Shown here piece by piece: positions 45,898 through 55,150 of a stretch of 64,000 nucleotides of DNA. The position numbers were made by a program, and so were the translations under genes. The stretch lies in the IMG/VR virus record IMGVR_UViG_2654587515_000001, positions 1 to 64,000 of that record. The stretch is one strand, 5' to 3'. The stretch comes from a virus. Lineage: Duplodnaviria; Caudoviricetes. The first letter of the stretch is position 1, and each line of letters opens with the position of its first letter. A model generated the notes under the pieces. That model was not told the DNA's origin. It worked only from the letters and a program-made list of their open reading frames with translations, and searched no databases.

Positions 45898-47559
45898 ATG
45901 GCTGAGAACAAAAAGAAAAGGAGTCTGCTCTCACGATTATTCCATGCAATGGTGGATGATGACCAAAACGGTCATTTAGAGCTGGCGGAATCCGGTTTCG
46001 ATTATGAAGACGCTGGGAAGGTTGACGAGCTTCTTGGAAAAGAAGGCGCGCACTCTGAGTCAGAGACCGAAAAGCTCATTGAACCATTTCCACGGAATCG
46101 TCGTGCAGGCTACTTGAGATTTGAAGAGATGGCCGTCGATCCAACCATCGACAGCGCTCTAAAAATGCACGTCGCCAACGCTCTATCTGCCAAAACGGAT
46201 ACGGGAGAGATACTGTTCATCGCTTCCACAAAGGATGGAGGCGACGACAAAATAGTCAAAGACCTGAGAAACACTGTAGGTCGCTGGCTCAATGATAACG
46301 CTGAAGCGGTTGCCTTTCAGGCGGCCAAGTACGGGTTAAGTTACGTTCGCCCTTACACTGAGCCGCAAAAAGGGATCACTCATATTCGGTTTGACCATTA
46401 CACCCATCCAGCCCATATCCGCTGTTACGAGCGAGCGGGGCTTTTGTGTGGTTACACATCCAAGTACCAACGCAGTCTTGAGAAAAAAGGTATGGTTGAG
46501 CTAATGGAGCCGTGGAAATTCATTCCGTTCAAGATCCCGAAGTGGGACGGTCACGGCAGCACGCTGATTGAACCGGTGCGCCTTAACCCTTTGGCGTTTG
46601 ATATCAATGACGATGATTACCTGAATGAAGAGCCGATCGAGACGCAAGACTACGGTTCGAGCCTACTACGTTCAGCTTATGATCCATGGGTAGATTTAAA
46701 CGAAGCTATTCTCTCGCTTAACTCAGCGCGGAAAAATGCCGCCAAGCGGGACCGGTTTATCACTATTCAGACCGGTAAGAAAAACCCAACGCTGGCCGCT
46801 CAGTATTACAACACCATTCTGGGCGCTTTGAAGCGAAAATTAAACCTGTCTGCTAAGCGCTCAGCCAAGCGTGGACATATATCAACGATCGACAACCATA
46901 TTCTGCCTGTTACCGCTGACGGCTCTGGACAGGTCAACATTCAGACCGAGCAGTCCGACGTCAATATCAGCCATATTGAAGACGTGAACTTTCATGTGAA
47001 TCGCTTGTGTAGTGCATTGGGCGTTGATAAGTCCCTTGTGGGCTTTACCGAAGACATGGCCGGCGGACTCGGGGAAGGTGGCTGGTGGACACAATCTATG
47101 GTTGCGGCCATTAAGGCCAATCTGATCCGCCGAGCGATTAAAGCAGGCGCGGAACGACTCTGTGAAATCCATGTGCTGATGAAGTGGGGCAAGGTCTACA
47201 CAGAATCGGATAAACCATGGCGAATTGAGTTCAACAGCCTGAACAACGTGCTGGAACGCGAAGAAGCAACGGCGCGTGAGTCACGGATTAACTTTGCTAT
47301 GTCGGTCGTCACCCTCATGCAAATGCTGGATCCGGAACTCAACAAGTTTAATTTCAAACAAACCTCAAACTGGTTGTTTACCGACGTATTGCGAGTGAAC
47401 GAGGAAACCTTCAAACAGCTCATTGAGGCTGCAAAAGAAGGGGACAAGGATGAGGTCAACAAGGTTCTGGACTCGGTTTCTGATCCAGATAGCCACAATC
47501 AACTGAAAACGATGATTTACAGCTGCATTGCAGAGCTGATGGGAGAGGAAAATGTCTAA
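45898..47559 (+). CDS. prt: portal protein (P1 Prt-like)
   Basis: FEEMAVDPTIDSAL, YGSSLL..AYDPW, IEDVNFHVNRLCSALGVDKSLVGF; synteny darB-prt-pro. Confidence 0.88.
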   Translation: MAENKKKRSLLSRLFHAMVDDDQNGHLELAESGFDYEDAGKVDELLGKEGAHSESETEKLIEPFPRNRRAGYLRFEEMAVDPTIDSALKMHVANALSAKTDTGEILFIASTKDGGDDKIVKDLRNTVGRWLNDNAEAVAFQAAKYGLSYVRPYTEPQKGITHIRFDHYTHPAHIRCYERAGLLCGYTSKYQRSLEKKGMVELMEPWKFIPFKIPKWDGHGSTLIEPVRLNPLAFDINDDDYLNEEPIETQDYGSSLLRSAYDPWVDLNEAILSLNSARKNAAKRDRFITIQTGKKNPTLAAQYYNTILGALKRKLNLSAKRSAKRGHISTIDNHILPVTADGSGQVNIQTEQSDVNISHIEDVNFHVNRLCSALGVDKSLVGFTEDMAGGLGEGGWWTQSMVAAIKANLIRRAIKAGAERLCEIHVLMKWGKVYTESDKPWRIEFNSLNNVLEREEATARESRINFAMSVVTLMQMLDPELNKFNFKQTSNWLFTDVLRVNEETFKQLIEAAKEGDKDEVNKVLDSVSDPDSHNQLKTMIYSCIAELMGEENV

Positions 47560-48583
47560 GAAAATCCTGCAAAGTATCACCTGTACCTTCAACATTTTTG
47601 ATACAGGTCGAAAGTACACCGGCAAACAGCGCGGTTACATTCTGGATAACGTCAAATCGGTCCTGAACTCGCCAGAGGTACAAGAGCGATTGCGTTTGCG
47701 TGAGTTGGTCGGCTATGTGTCACATGGTTTGCGAGAAATGGCCGGCAAGCTCACGCTGGGGGAAACGTTACCGGTTCACCTTCCTAATGGGCAGATGACC
47801 GTGGTTAATGCTATCCCCGCCTGTGTCACCGTGTCGCTGTCATTGGATGACGACGGCAACCTGACTCACGTTCAAGAGGTGCTGGACAATGACGAGGGAC
47901 GTAAGCTGCTTGGCCTGCATAACTCTCGTATTGGTGGCTTTTCGTGGGCATGTGGCGGCGGCAAGCTGGGTGGTAATACGCTTATCAATGGTTTTTATGG
48001 CTTCGATTACGTGCATAACCCATTATTTGCGGCCAACCGTGGCTATGTGCTGGATTCTGAGTCGTCAGAAGAGGAATTTGACCGTCAGGCCGTCCTCGAC
48101 AACTTGAGCAGTGCCGGCGTGCCGGATGACGAGCGAGAAATGGTGCTTGATTCGTTCAATGCGGCCATTGCCTTTGAGTCGGCTCAGTACAAAGGGATGC
48201 TGCTTGATGCCCAGCAAGTGATTGCCGATCAGGACGAAAAAGCCCAAGAGCTGCAGCAGTTGTTAGACAGTGCTTCTCAAGAGACTGAATCTCTGAAGTC
48301 TGAAAAGACCAGTCGTGAGCAGTTTTTTAAGCAGCTCCAAGAGCGTAGTCATATTGCAATCAGCGATCAGGTTCTGGATGCGCTGATTAATGCGGACAGC
48401 GAAGAGAGTATGGAAACCGTTCTGCAGATGATCATGGATACTGCCAATATCAGTGCGCAGCACCTGCCAATTGCGCCACACAAGAAAACCTTTGTGAAGC
48501 AGCAGCCAGATTCAGCCGATCAGGCGGATAAGGACGATCCATTCAGTATCAACGCTTCGATGGACGCAGGCTATTACGACTGA
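47552..48583 (+). CDS. pro: prohead protease with scaffold-like C-terminus (P1 Pro-like)
   Basis: GYVSHG (His), GGFSWA (Ser), GFDYV (Asp) of phage prohead proteases. Confidence 0.88.
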   Translation: MSKKILQSITCTFNIFDTGRKYTGKQRGYILDNVKSVLNSPEVQERLRLRELVGYVSHGLREMAGKLTLGETLPVHLPNGQMTVVNAIPACVTVSLSLDDDGNLTHVQEVLDNDEGRKLLGLHNSRIGGFSWACGGGKLGGNTLINGFYGFDYVHNPLFAANRGYVLDSESSEEEFDRQAVLDNLSSAGVPDDEREMVLDSFNAAIAFESAQYKGMLLDAQQVIADQDEKAQELQQLLDSASQETESLKSEKTSREQFFKQLQERSHIAISDQVLDALINADSEESMETVLQMIMDTANISAQHLPIAPHKKTFVKQQPDSADQADKDDPFSINASMDAGYYD

Positions 48584-48674
48584 TGCCTTGCCAGACCGCC
48601 GCTGGCGAAGCCAGCGTGTGTTCTGAAAGGGTTTTAGGAACTTTGTTCCTATGTTAATAGTATGGTTTTATCCC

Positions 48675-48704
48675 AAAAAAAAGGAGCCAACCGGCTCCTT
48701 TTTC
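48675..48704. terminator. bidirectional terminator
   Basis: AAAAAAAAGGAGCC-AACC-GGCTCCTTTTT. Confidence 0.8.
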
Positions 48705-49041
48705 ATGCGTCTTTTTTCTTTTGCTCTTTGAGTGTTTTTTCTATCAGCTTGCTCATGCCTTCAGCGATCAGCACTTGGCAAAGGTGCTTACGGTTCGCGT
48801 ACTGTGGGTCCAGTTCTGCCAACTTGGTGCCCCATTCGCGGTAATACTCGTTCAGGTTGATGTGAACCGGCTTCTCTGAAGCTTTTGTTTTGTCAGTCGC
48901 TTCTAAAACTTCATACCATTCCAGTTGAGCTTCTTCTTTTGACTGAGAGCCTATGTCACCGTTGATGAAAGCATCGGCGTCTTTTTTGGCTTCTTGGTTT
49001 TTACGGATAGGTTCTCTAAATCGCTTTTCTTTGTCAGCCAT
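48703..49041 (-). CDS. small partition adaptor (type Ib ParB/ParG-like)
   Basis: Overlaps parA stop; basic N-terminal arm and C-terminal ribbon-helix-helix-like segment. Confidence 0.7.
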   Translation of the reverse strand: MADKEKRFREPIRKNQEAKKDADAFINGDIGSQSKEEAQLEWYEVLEATDKTKASEKPVHINLNEYYREWGTKLAELDPQYANRKHLCQVLIAEGMSKLIEKTLKEQKKKDA

Positions 49042-49699
49042 TTGCTTTCTCCAGTAATTCTTCAACTAAGGCGTTCATTTCTGCCTTCGCTTTTGCATCG
49101 CTCATTTCTCTTACGCCTCGGCCAATAGCGTAGGCATCGCTGTAAACGACTCGGTTGTATGCCACGGTTTCAAGCACACCCATTGAGCTGAATTCTCGCA
49201 GTGTGTTTTTGGTGAAAGTAATATCTTGCTCTCTCGCTGTATGGGTCGGGGCAATCGAGATCATGCAAAACGCTTTCAGTTTAGAGTTGAAGTCCATGGC
49301 AGTATCAATCAGATCTTGTACTTCCAGAATGCTATCCCTGTGGTCCTGAGTAGGACGGAAAGGGGCAAGTGCAATGTCAGCTGCTAACAGGCCGCTGCGC
49401 ATTTCTTGTGTACGTGTTGGGTCAATGTTTCCCTGCACATCCACAATCACATAATCGTATTTGGTATCCAGCTCCTGCAGGGTTTTAGTGATCTTCCCTT
49501 TTTTCTGGACACAGAAGATTGCAGGTTCAATACCTTCTTCTTCACGGTAGGCGCCAAAGTTGGCAGTTGTACCACCTGGGTCTGCATCGACCAGACAGAC
49601 TGAATGTTGACGGTGTGCGAGTTCTACGGCCAAGTTTTGAGAGCAAATAGACTTCATTGCTCCCCCTCTTTGCCCAAAAACCAAGATAATCATGAGCAT
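49034..49699 (-). CDS. parA: ParA family ATPase (short, type Ib)
   Basis: GQRGGAMKS Walker A variant, CLVDADP, YVIVDVQG; AGAAGGAG RBS before ATG 49699. Confidence 0.9.
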   Translation of the reverse strand: MLMIILVFGQRGGAMKSICSQNLAVELAHRQHSVCLVDADPGGTTANFGAYREEEGIEPAIFCVQKKGKITKTLQELDTKYDYVIVDVQGNIDPTRTQEMRSGLLAADIALAPFRPTQDHRDSILEVQDLIDTAMDFNSKLKAFCMISIAPTHTAREQDITFTKNTLREFSSMGVLETVAYNRVVYSDAYAIGRGVREMSDAKAKAEMNALVEELLEKANG

Positions 49700-49884
49700 C
49701 TCCTTCTTTTGTGTGGGCTTATCATAGCACATCAAAACTAAATTGATACCCATGCGACACCACAAAAACACCTAGTAGGTATCTGGTAGATACTTGATTA
49801 GTGTTTTAATAAAAATAGGAAAAAGAAAAATTCGATTGATTAGGCGAAGCCGATCGTGTGGGGTTGGTGGGTAACTGCGTGCAG

Positions 49885-49961
49885 TTATCCACAAATCCAT
49901 GCGATAGATCCCAATAATAAGATCCCTTTTTAAGTACCAAATAGATCCCTTAAAAGATCCC
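49885..49961 (+). promoter_or_regulatory. oriR-like origin left part: DnaA box plus four AGATCCC heptamers
   Basis: TTATCCACA at 49885; AGATCCC at 49906, 49920, 49943, 49955, same layout as P1 oriR. Confidence 0.88.
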
Positions 49962-50004
49962 TACCTCCTTAAAGCCTTGTGTGGCCTGCCTTTCAGGCTA
50001 TGTC

Positions 50005-50110
50005 GGTGTACTCTAATTGGGTAGCGGTGTATTCTAATTGGGTGGTGGGTGTGTTCTAATTGGGTTTCAAGGTGTATTCTAATTGGGTTTTAGGGTGTAT
50101 TCTAATTGGG
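50005..50110 (+). repeat. five origin iterons GGTGT(A/G)(C/T)TCTAATTGGG
   Basis: 17-bp repeats at 50005, 50026, 50048, 50071, 50094 directly upstream of repA. Confidence 0.95.
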
Positions 50111-50126
50111 ATAATAAAAACGAAAT

Positions 50127-51011
50127 GTGGACGATTTTGTGAATAAAACTAACGATAACAATACCTTTTTCCCGCCTACGGAATTTATCGAGGCCGAAAT
50201 GCCTAATTTGACGTGTAACACATCAACGAGTGTTCAACCGAATGTCCTGTTAAGGACAGGGGTGTTTACACCTGTAGGTCGACGGAATGCGACCAAATTC
50301 GTTGATATGGACCTTTCTGAAGATTTAAGGAGCCTTGAGCTTTGTCAGAAGGAGGGATACGACAGGGTAAGCGTTAGGGGTGATAAATTAAATGTAGAAA
50401 CAGACTTTAAAGTTTGGTGTGGGATTGTTCTGGCTTTCAGTACTTACGGTGCAAAATCGAACAAAATAACCTTGAAATTTAGTGAGTTTGCTAAATTTTG
50501 TTCATACCCCAGTCGTAGGTTTGATAAGAATCTTAGACGTCAAATAGGCGAATCATTAGGTCGTATCCAGTCTCAAAACCTCTCCTTTTTACGAAAAGGG
50601 GCTGCTAAAGGGGTTCATACCGGACTGTTGTTAAAAGCTGAATATGATGAATTTGAGGACTCTGTTTCTTTGATGGCTGATGAAAGCTTGTGGGATCTTT
50701 ACAGGTTAGATTTCCAAGTCCTTGTTAGCATCAAGGTCTTAGATAAGCTGCCACGGGCAGAGGTGGCTCAATGCCTATACCTGTACTTTGTTGCGCTTCC
50801 TGAAAGGCCCGTTCCGGTTTCATTTGAAAGGCTAAGGGACCGACTGCAGTTAAATACGTCAGTAAAAGAAGCAAACAGAAAAATAAAGAATGGGCTGCAA
50901 AAGCTTGAATCTATTGGGTTCCTGTCGGGAAATATCGTCAGGAAAGATGGCGAAAGCTACTACATCGTATCGACAAGAAACAAAAAACTGACAGCTGAGA
51001 GTGTACCCTAA
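50127..51011 (+). CDS. repA: plasmid replication initiator RepA (P1/RepFIB family)
   Basis: STSVQPNVLLRTGVFTP, GDKLNVETDFKVWCGI, ERLRDRLQL motifs; flanked by iterons. Confidence 0.95.
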   Translation: MDDFVNKTNDNNTFFPPTEFIEAEMPNLTCNTSTSVQPNVLLRTGVFTPVGRRNATKFVDMDLSEDLRSLELCQKEGYDRVSVRGDKLNVETDFKVWCGIVLAFSTYGAKSNKITLKFSEFAKFCSYPSRRFDKNLRRQIGESLGRIQSQNLSFLRKGAAKGVHTGLLLKAEYDEFEDSVSLMADESLWDLYRLDFQVLVSIKVLDKLPRAEVAQCLYLYFVALPERPVPVSFERLRDRLQLNTSVKEANRKIKNGLQKLESIGFLSGNIVRKDGESYYIVSTRNKKLTAESVP

Positions 51012-51186
51012 TTGGGTAAAGGTGTACTCAAAGTGGGTAACGGTGCAGATAAGTGGGGCAGGGTGTACTCTAATTGGGTTTTCTGATGGGTTGAGTAGGT
51101 GTATCTGTGCTCTTGGAAAGGGCAAGGCCCAATTAGAATACACCTAATGTAGTCAAATAGGGCAGCCTACCCAATTAGAATACACT
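51000..51186. repeat. incA-like copy-control iterons (direct and inverted)
   Basis: Iteron variants at about 51000, 51021, 51042, 51062 and inverted copies at 51128 and 51170. Confidence 0.9.
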
Positions 51187-51277
51187 TTCTTACGTGTTTT
51201 CTGAGTCCGAGGCGGGATTTGCCCGTTTTGACTACATCAAAATCGACTTATCTTGCCTCTTCCCCGTTTCAACTACA

Positions 51278-52120
51278 TCAAAGGCCAACGGCTTTGGGAT
51301 AGTAAGGCTGAAGTCCATCCATGTAGCGCCGGAACTGCTTCTTAGAAAAGCCTCTCAGGGCGATCATTTCAAACGTTTTCCCACGACCGCTGCCTTTACA
51401 GCTAATTGAGCGCCTCACAGGCGTTTTGTAGACGGTAAACCCTTCTTCCCGATAGATATGGGTTAATTCAGGCAAAAGCGTGTTGGTGGCGATTACAGCG
51501 CCGTCATAGCCGCCAAGCATGTTGACTATACGTTCTTGTAAGTTCTCGTTTTTGTCTTTGGTGTAGGCATTGAAGGTTTTCTCATACGGTGGGTCGATCA
51601 GGACTAGCTGAGCGTCAGTGATGTCCACCTCTGAAAAACAGCCACAGTTGAATGTCCAGTTCTTAGCAACTCGCATGAACTCTTTGGTGTCTGGCGGGGT
51701 CGCTATACCCTTGTATTCACCAAATGGCATGTTGAACTTACCAGCTCGCTTACTCTGGCGTACAAGGCCATTGAAAGAGTGTTTACACAGGTACCAGAAA
51801 AGACCGGCTTCTTTCTCACCCAGATCCTGACCTGATAGCAAAGCGTTATTTAGTTCTTCTCGGGCGGCATAGAAAAAATCGGCTTCCAGCAAAAACTCAT
51901 CTGGGTTGATTTCGTATCCACTGGACAGTTGCTTATACAGGTTGATAAGGGCGGGGTTAGCGTCATTGAGTATGACGTTATCGAACTCATAGTACAGTGA
52001 GAAGGCAGCCGATCCGGCGAACGGTTCTACGACTCGCTCTGGGCTTATGTCATTGACGATGCGCTCTGCGCGTTTGGCGAGCCATGTTTTACCGCCGGCC
52101 CATTTGATTAGTGGTTTCAT
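51278..52120 (-). CDS. dam: DNA adenine methyltransferase (Dam/D12 class)
   Basis: MKPLIKWAGGK, VEPFAGS, ILNDAN, FNGLVR, LIDPPY; GATC specificity is inferred, not shown. Confidence 0.88.
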   Translation of the reverse strand: MKPLIKWAGGKTWLAKRAERIVNDISPERVVEPFAGSAAFSLYYEFDNVILNDANPALINLYKQLSSGYEINPDEFLLEADFFYAAREELNNALLSGQDLGEKEAGLFWYLCKHSFNGLVRQSKRAGKFNMPFGEYKGIATPPDTKEFMRVAKNWTFNCGCFSEVDITDAQLVLIDPPYEKTFNAYTKDKNENLQERIVNMLGGYDGAVIATNTLLPELTHIYREEGFTVYKTPVRRSISCKGSGRGKTFEMIALRGFSKKQFRRYMDGLQPYYPKAVGL

Positions 52121-52121
52121 G

Positions 52122-52382
52122 CTATCCCTTTTTGTTTCTATTCTTCCCAAATTGCGGGTGAAATATGATGGCCGTGGCTGCTTCTCGTGGGTTTAACTTG
52201 ATAAATTCACGTTGAAGGCAAGCTACCTCCTGATTGATGTTGGCGCCATGATTGATAGAAATGGCGTGCAGCCCTGCCAAGAAATGAAGTTTGTACTGAG
52301 AGGAAAAGCGAAGTAACAGATCATGAAAGCCAAGCGTTTTGATGCGCTGCATTCTTCGGTAGCGTTGCTGGTGGTCCGACAT
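52122..52382 (-). CDS. hypothetical protein
   Basis: Operon packing; GGAGG RBS before MSDHQ. Confidence 0.55.
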   Translation of the reverse strand: MSDHQQRYRRMQRIKTLGFHDLLLRFSSQYKLHFLAGLHAISINHGANINQEVACLQREFIKLNPREAATAIIFHPQFGKNRNKKG

Positions 52383-52399
52383 TCTGCCTCCATTCACAG

Positions 52400-52765
52400 T
52401 TAGTCAAACCGTGATCTGTACTTCTCATGAGTCTGTTGCTCGTAATGCTCATTTAATCGCTCTTCCCAGTCTGGGTAGATGCCTTTGAGCGTCTCGTTCT
52501 CTTTGCTTAGTCCGCTGCAGTGCGAGCCAAGCTGTTTAATTCTGTCGGTCCTTTGGATCAGGGCCTCTTTGAACCACTTTGCTATTGCGATTGGATCGCC
52601 GGTGTAGCCCAAGCCATCACAGTGAACACACTCCCATGTAGTAGAAAACAGACCTTTCGTTTCCCCTTTGCCGTTGCAATGAGGGCATGTCTCGGGTGCT
52701 TGTTCTGTTTTGTTGCTGGCAAGCTCAATTGCGGCATCTACCAGTGAGCGCTTATTGTTCATCAA
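52400..52765 (-). CDS. DnaJ-type zinc-finger protein
   Basis: CPHCNGKG and CVHCDGLG repeats. Confidence 0.7.
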   Translation of the reverse strand: MMNNKRSLVDAAIELASNKTEQAPETCPHCNGKGETKGLFSTTWECVHCDGLGYTGDPIAIAKWFKEALIQRTDRIKQLGSHCSGLSKENETLKGIYPDWEERLNEHYEQQTHEKYRSRFD

Positions 52766-53117
52766 TGAGCATCAATCCAAGGGAATGAGCGGCAAACACC
52801 TCGGCCAGAGCGCCCTTTGATTCCATCCAACCGCGCAAACGGACCACAGCATTTGAGACAAAGAGATCAGATAGGCTCAGTTTCATGTACTGGTCGTAAC
52901 TCAGACCTTTGGGGTTTCTTGCTGGGTTGAGCGGGATATGGCCGGCTTCCTGAATCATGTCTTCAATCCGGAAGAACTCAGGGTGGTTAAAGTGTCGGTA
53001 CCCCGTCATCGGGCCACTGATGTAAATCGTGAGCCTTCCCGCATCTTCTTTTAATTGCTTCAAATTTTCTAAAGTCAATTCAGCGCGGCACGTTACGTGG
53101 GCAATTTCAGGCGACAT
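52752..53117 (-). CDS. DUF4406 (nucleoside deoxyribosyltransferase-like) protein
   Basis: IYISGPMTG...LNPA...L.GW.ESKGA.AE. Confidence 0.85.
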   Translation of the reverse strand: MSPEIAHVTCRAELTLENLKQLKEDAGRLTIYISGPMTGYRHFNHPEFFRIEDMIQEAGHIPLNPARNPKGLSYDQYMKLSLSDLFVSNAVVRLRGWMESKGALAEVFAAHSLGLMLIDEQ

Positions 53118-53307
53118 CCAAAATCCCTTTAAAACAAAGTGGTGGACAGAAATTAACACTTTGATGTATGTTAATCAATAGCGTAATTAAAAACGTAATT
53201 ATTAGCGTAATTTAATACGCTTTAACTAACGGTGACGAGTAAGTTGGTGATTGGTAAGTGTGCATCCTTCATGTAGCATGGCGATAATCGTCAACTAGAT
53301 AACAAAA

Positions 53308-53604
53308 TTGATGGATATCAACATGCTAAAAAACGCTGAGGTACGTGTTCTGGTCATACTCAAGAAAGAGAAAAAGAACACGATTGCCATGACCGACCTC
53401 ACTCGACGCCTTAATGTCAATGCTGGTATCAAAGCCGCAGAGAAAAACCAGATACTTGAGTCGCTAAAAGAGCAGGGCTTGGTCGCTGTTGAACGCAAAC
53501 AGATACCGGCAATGCGTCGAACTCCCACCCTGATCACGCTGACCGAGAAAGGAAAGCAGGTGCTCAAAGGTATTGAGTCTGGTGATATCGAGTTTGAAAC
53601 CTGA
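53308..53604 (+). CDS. winged-helix (MarR/PadR-like) DNA-binding protein
   Basis: LESLKEQGLV...ITLTEKGKQVL wing motif. Confidence 0.75.
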   Translation: MMDINMLKNAEVRVLVILKKEKKNTIAMTDLTRRLNVNAGIKAAEKNQILESLKEQGLVAVERKQIPAMRRTPTLITLTEKGKQVLKGIESGDIEFET

Positions 53605-53791
53605 TTGATCTGCGAAGTTTTGATCCAGTCGAGAAAAGATTAAACAACATTTTTTTGTTGTTTCTCGCCATCGCTAAAAACGGTAAACAGTGCACAACAA
53701 AAAGATAAAAGTTTGTTGTGGCAACTAAAAGTGCTTTTGAAGTAAGCGCGAGACCACGACTTAGCGGTGACGTTGGAAGGCTGAAATCAAA

Positions 53792-54211
53792 ATGGACAAG
53801 ACCGAGACAAATCAAGAGCGTGAAATCTCACTCAGAAAAGAAGAGCAAATTGCGTGCGCCATCCTGAGAGGCGCAAAAACCGCAGATGTCGCGGCAGTAA
53901 ACGGTATGAAGTATGCCGCTTGCCGCGAAATCCTTCATAAATATTGCCGTCGTGTTAATGCTCAAGCCTATGAGCAGATTAACATTGATGCCGCCAATAA
54001 AGACTGTCACAGCCCATTCCTTGAACAGCTTCGAGAAAACAAGCACCAGTTTATTTCCCAAACTGCACCTCGTGATCCTGAACAACTTCGCCGCGAAATC
54101 GAACAGCAAAGCGAGCGCTTGACCAGCGCTCAAATCACGCTGCGCTCAGAACGTACCATTTTAAGCCAGCTGGAAGCCGAGCTTGCAGCAGCGACTCAAA
54201 AAACCAAGTAA
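53792..54211 (+). CDS. HTH-like protein with coiled-coil tail; paralogue of 36528..37091
   Basis: AILRGAKTADVAAVNGMKYAACREILHKYCRRVN aligns with the LexA-box gene product. Confidence 0.7.
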   Translation: MDKTETNQEREISLRKEEQIACAILRGAKTADVAAVNGMKYAACREILHKYCRRVNAQAYEQINIDAANKDCHSPFLEQLRENKHQFISQTAPRDPEQLRREIEQQSERLTSAQITLRSERTILSQLEAELAAATQKTK

Positions 54212-54238
54212 CACCCGAAGAAAGAAGGATCCCAGAAT

Positions 54239-55150
54239 ATGAAGCCAAAAAATATCATGGCTTATCGCTTTTCTCGGGCAGTTCAACTCACTCCCGACCA
54301 ATTAAGTGAGCAACTGTCTGAATTTGCATTCGTTCCATGTGGGGAACAAGATAAGCGAAAATTTGGATGGGCGCCTGTGATGGGCAAACATAGTGACCAA
54401 TTACTGCATGTTGGTGGTGATTGGCTCCTGCTTGCCGCTCGTCTCCAAGAAAAGATGCTGCCAGCCTCAGTGATCAAAGAAGAAGTCAACGAGCGCGTGA
54501 CTATGGTGGAATCACAAGAAGGCCGACCGCTGAAGAAAAAAGAGAAGGACAACATCAAAGAAGATGTTGTTACCGATCTACTGCCTCGTGCTTTCAAGCG
54601 AACCAGCACAACGTATGTTTGGATTTGCCCTAAGAAAGAGCTGCTTTTTGTTGATGCCAGTAGCTTCAAAAAAGCGGAAGATGTTCTTGCCCTGCTAAGA
54701 AAGACAATTGGTTCCTTGCCGGTTGTCCCTGTTACCTTTGAATCTGCTATTGAATTTACGCTGACTGAATGGCTCAAAACTGGTGAAGTGCCGAGCGGTT
54801 TTTCACTGCGTGATGAGGCCGAGTTAAAATCCGTCTTGGAAGATGGCGGTCAAATCCGTTGTAAGAAGCAAGAGCTGACGTCTGAAGAAATCCAAACCCA
54901 CATTGAAGCTGACAAGATGGTCACAAAGCTGGCTATCAACTGGCAGGATCGCTTGGATTTCATTTTGTCGGATGATGGCAGTCTGGCAAGGCTCAAGTTT
55001 GCAGATGAGCTGGCCGATCAGAACGATGATATTGCGAGAGAAGATGTTGCTCAGCGATTCGACGCCGACATGGTTTTGTTTGCCGGTGAGTTTGATGCCT
55101 TCCTACCTCAACTATTTGAAGCTCTTGGCGGGGTAGCGAAATGTCAGTAA
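54239..55150 (+). CDS. rdgC: recombination-associated protein RdgC
   Basis: [49 protein letters not shown]. Confidence 0.95.
   Translation: MKPKNIMAYRFSRAVQLTPDQLSEQLSEFAFVPCGEQDKRKFGWAPVMGKHSDQLLHVGGDWLLLAARLQEKMLPASVIKEEVNERVTMVESQEGRPLKKKEKDNIKEDVVTDLLPRAFKRTSTTYVWICPKKELLFVDASSFKKAEDVLALLRKTIGSLPVVPVTFESAIEFTLTEWLKTGEVPSGFSLRDEAELKSVLEDGGQIRCKKQELTSEEIQTHIEADKMVTKLAINWQDRLDFILSDDGSLARLKFADELADQNDDIAREDVAQRFDADMVLFAGEFDAFLPQLFEALGGVAKCQ

Noticed and set aside
50005-50110. Repeat array as CRISPR
   Set aside because: 4-6 bp spacers directly before repA; classic iterons.
53714-53750. TGTTGTGGC upstream of the 53792 gene as a late promoter
   Set aside because: The 9-mer matches but no (T/C)AnnnT hexamer at 19-bp spacing; left as uncertain.
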